This document shows positions 61,790 through 64,000 of a stretch of DNA of 64,000 nt, piece after piece (within the stretch, counting starts at the first letter, position 1; each line of letters opens with the position of its first letter). The stretch lies in contig JAWBDT010000003.1 of the NCBI GenBank assembly GCA_038821645.1, forward strand, positions 42,016-106,015. Direction: 5' to 3'. The translations under genes and the position numbers were made by a program. The stretch is from Ignisphaera sp. GTDB taxonomy: Archaea; Thermoproteota; Thermoprotei_A; Sulfolobales; Ignisphaeraceae. The notes under the pieces are model-generated. The model did not search any database. It was not told the origin of the DNA and saw only the letters and a list, made by a program, of their open reading frames with translations.

Positions 61790-63853
61790 ATGAAAAACAA
61801 AATGTTTATGGTATCATTAATCCTATTGCTAGCACTAGCACTAATATTGCCTACTCTCTCACCCATCCTCTATGCACAAGAATTTCCACGAGATCAAACA
61901 GCAATAATATCACAACAATGGGGAACCCCTGGAGGTTTCAATCCATTAGTTTCTGGAAGATACGCTTGGGGTACAGATATACTGATGTATCCTAGACCCT
62001 TTGTCTATGGACCCTACTCTGACGACTTTGTACCTTATCTAGCTACAAGCTTTAGATGGGTAGATCAATACACATTAGAAATTACTTTAAAGACAGATGC
62101 TTACTGGTCTGATGGAACACCCATTACTGCTGCTGATGTTGTATGGTCATTTGAAGTAAACAAGTTATGTTCAACAGCTGGAAGCTATATATGGAACTAT
62201 ATATTAGCTGTAGAAGCAGTTAACCCACAGACAGTCAGATTCCATATAAATAGAACCAATGTTAACTACTATAGAATAGTAGATGTACTTACATGGCTTA
62301 TTCTACCTAAGCATAGATGGGAAAGATTATACAATGAAATGGGCTGCAAAATAGCTACAGAGTTTATGGATACAGAATTCGATAAAATTGTTGTAGGAGG
62401 TCCATATAGACCTGTTTACTGGGTTGGAGATACATGGGTCTATGAAAGAATTGATAATTGGTGGGGTAGGGAATACTTTGGGTTACCTGCACCTAAATAT
62501 GTAATGCACATATCACCTAAGAGCGATGAACAGGTAAGACTCGAATGGATACAAGGAAACAGAGACCATATGTCCCACTTTGTTGATAGATTATGGGAGA
62601 TAATTGCGACAGATCCAACAAAAGGAACATTCGATAACAAGAACTGTCCACCTTGTATGTTCGGAGGTAGCGTTGTATTCTTTGCATTCAATCTAGAGAA
62701 ATACCCATTTAATGATGTAAGAGTTAGAAAAGCTCTATACTACGTTATGCTTGCAAACAACATGGAAGCACTTAAAAAAGCTTCTGAAGCTGCTTTCTCA
62801 GGTTACCTTATTCCCGCAAGAATATATCCTGTTCCTATAATACCTCTTCTCGAAAGAACAGAAAAGTATCTAGCTAAAGATCTCATAGAGAGCTTTTTGA
62901 AAGAAGCTACAATAGAGAATGCTAAAAAGTTGCTTGATGAAGCTGGTATAATTGATAGAAATGGTGATGGGATTAGGGAGCTACCTGATGGAACATCATT
63001 CAGATTCTCAATACTAGTTCCAGCAGGTTGGGTGCCAGTAATAGGTTCAGCAACAGTATTTGCAGAAATATGGAGAAAAGAACTAGGAGTAGATGTTATA
63101 GTTGATCAGAAAGATTTCAGCGTAGTATGGGATAAAGTTAGTAAAGGAGATTATGAAGCTACATGGTGGTTGCATAGCACGAGAATGGGTCCAGCTTCAC
63201 CATGGATAAACTTTGATGTAGCTATGGACTCAAGGTTACCAACAAATCCATGGGGAGGACCCATATCTAGGTACAAGAACCCTGTAGCTGATTGGTTGCT
63301 AGACGAAATTGGTAGAACATGGGATGAAAGCAGAAGGGCATATCTCTATAGACTGTTGCAAGAGATATGGCTTAGAGATTTACCATTCCTTATATTTGGT
63401 CAAGATCCTCACTGGTACCAGTATTCTGAACAATACTGGGTTGGATGGCCAAACATAGACAGAATAAACAAGTATGGAGCATTCTATGCCACAAACTGGG
63501 ATCCAGGATTCCTATTCGTTCTCTTCCAGATCAAATCATCTAAAGAGATTTCACCAGGAGCTGATGTGGATACTGTTCCAGAGTTCCTAAAGCCACATAA
63601 TAGAATACCAGCTTCCGTATTCTTTGATGAACTTCAGAAGGTTGCAGGAGTTGTAGCTCCAGTAACAGTTACCGTTACACAAGCTGCAGCAACTGTAACA
63701 ACAACATTGATATCTACAAAGACAGAAGTGAGAACCTCTGTTGTAACAACTACAACAGAAGTAACCGTTACTGATTGGACAATGACTATAGCAATAGGTG
63801 TAGTGTTACTTATCGTTGGTTTAGCTATAGGTTGGTTCATTAAGAAGAAGTAA
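61790..63853 (+). CDS. Family-5 extracellular solute-binding protein (probably oligosaccharide) with Thr-rich stalk and C-terminal TM
   Basis: Signal peptide, WSDGTPITAADVVWSF, VPAGW, YWVGWP; sugar kinases adjacent. Confidence 0.88.
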   Translation: MKNKMFMVSLILLLALALILPTLSPILYAQEFPRDQTAIISQQWGTPGGFNPLVSGRYAWGTDILMYPRPFVYGPYSDDFVPYLATSFRWVDQYTLEITLKTDAYWSDGTPITAADVVWSFEVNKLCSTAGSYIWNYILAVEAVNPQTVRFHINRTNVNYYRIVDVLTWLILPKHRWERLYNEMGCKIATEFMDTEFDKIVVGGPYRPVYWVGDTWVYERIDNWWGREYFGLPAPKYVMHISPKSDEQVRLEWIQGNRDHMSHFVDRLWEIIATDPTKGTFDNKNCPPCMFGGSVVFFAFNLEKYPFNDVRVRKALYYVMLANNMEALKKASEAAFSGYLIPARIYPVPIIPLLERTEKYLAKDLIESFLKEATIENAKKLLDEAGIIDRNGDGIRELPDGTSFRFSILVPAGWVPVIGSATVFAEIWRKELGVDVIVDQKDFSVVWDKVSKGDYEATWWLHSTRMGPASPWINFDVAMDSRLPTNPWGGPISRYKNPVADWLLDEIGRTWDESRRAYLYRLLQEIWLRDLPFLIFGQDPHWYQYSEQYWVGWPNIDRINKYGAFYATNWDPGFLFVLFQIKSSKEISPGADVDTVPEFLKPHNRIPASVFFDELQKVAGVVAPVTVTVTQAAATVTTTLISTKTEVRTSVVTTTTEVTVTDWTMTIAIGVVLLIVGLAIGWFIKKK

Positions 63854-64000
63854 GAATCTGTATTACGTTACATCAATTCATTTTTTAATTCCTAATTGTG
63901 TTAATTACACAGATTTCTATGATTTCATTAAGAGTACATTTTTATAGTAGTTCACAACATTTAACTGGATGGGTTAAGAAATATGGGGATAAAGTTTTCC

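Overview
AT-rich chromosomal window from a hyperthermophilic crenarchaeon. Reverse gyrase, crenarchaeal SSB, S25e, GGTGA ribosome-binding sites and sugar-use genes suggest an Ignisphaera-like member of the Desulfurococcales (inference). It is mostly housekeeping: the aIF2beta-NMD3-aIF1A-RIO1-Dim2 cluster, SerRS, GMP synthase B, TldD/E, ThiDN, aldolase/PfkB, TrpB2, TrmI and rgy. It also holds a GH31 alpha-xylosidase and an oligosaccharide ABC cluster. No CRISPR array or intact mobile element was seen. The main non-obvious signals are: (1) a tRNA-Trp with two BHB introns, the second carrying two box C/D guides that map exactly to C34 and C39 of its own tRNA but lacking a 5' C box, so possibly a circularly permuted guide completed on intron circularisation; (2) aIF1A, RIO1 and endonuclease V, whose conserved N-termini are reachable only from ATA, CTG and ACG/ATA starts; (3) two stand-alone box C/D sRNAs; (4) a broken GH12-fold surface protein lacking its nucleophile, plus a separate GH12 relic; (5) a 35-bp inverted copy of tldD in intergenic DNA; (6) several pseudo-enzymes and a methanogen-type SerRS. 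Family calls are by motif recognition only; no searches were run.
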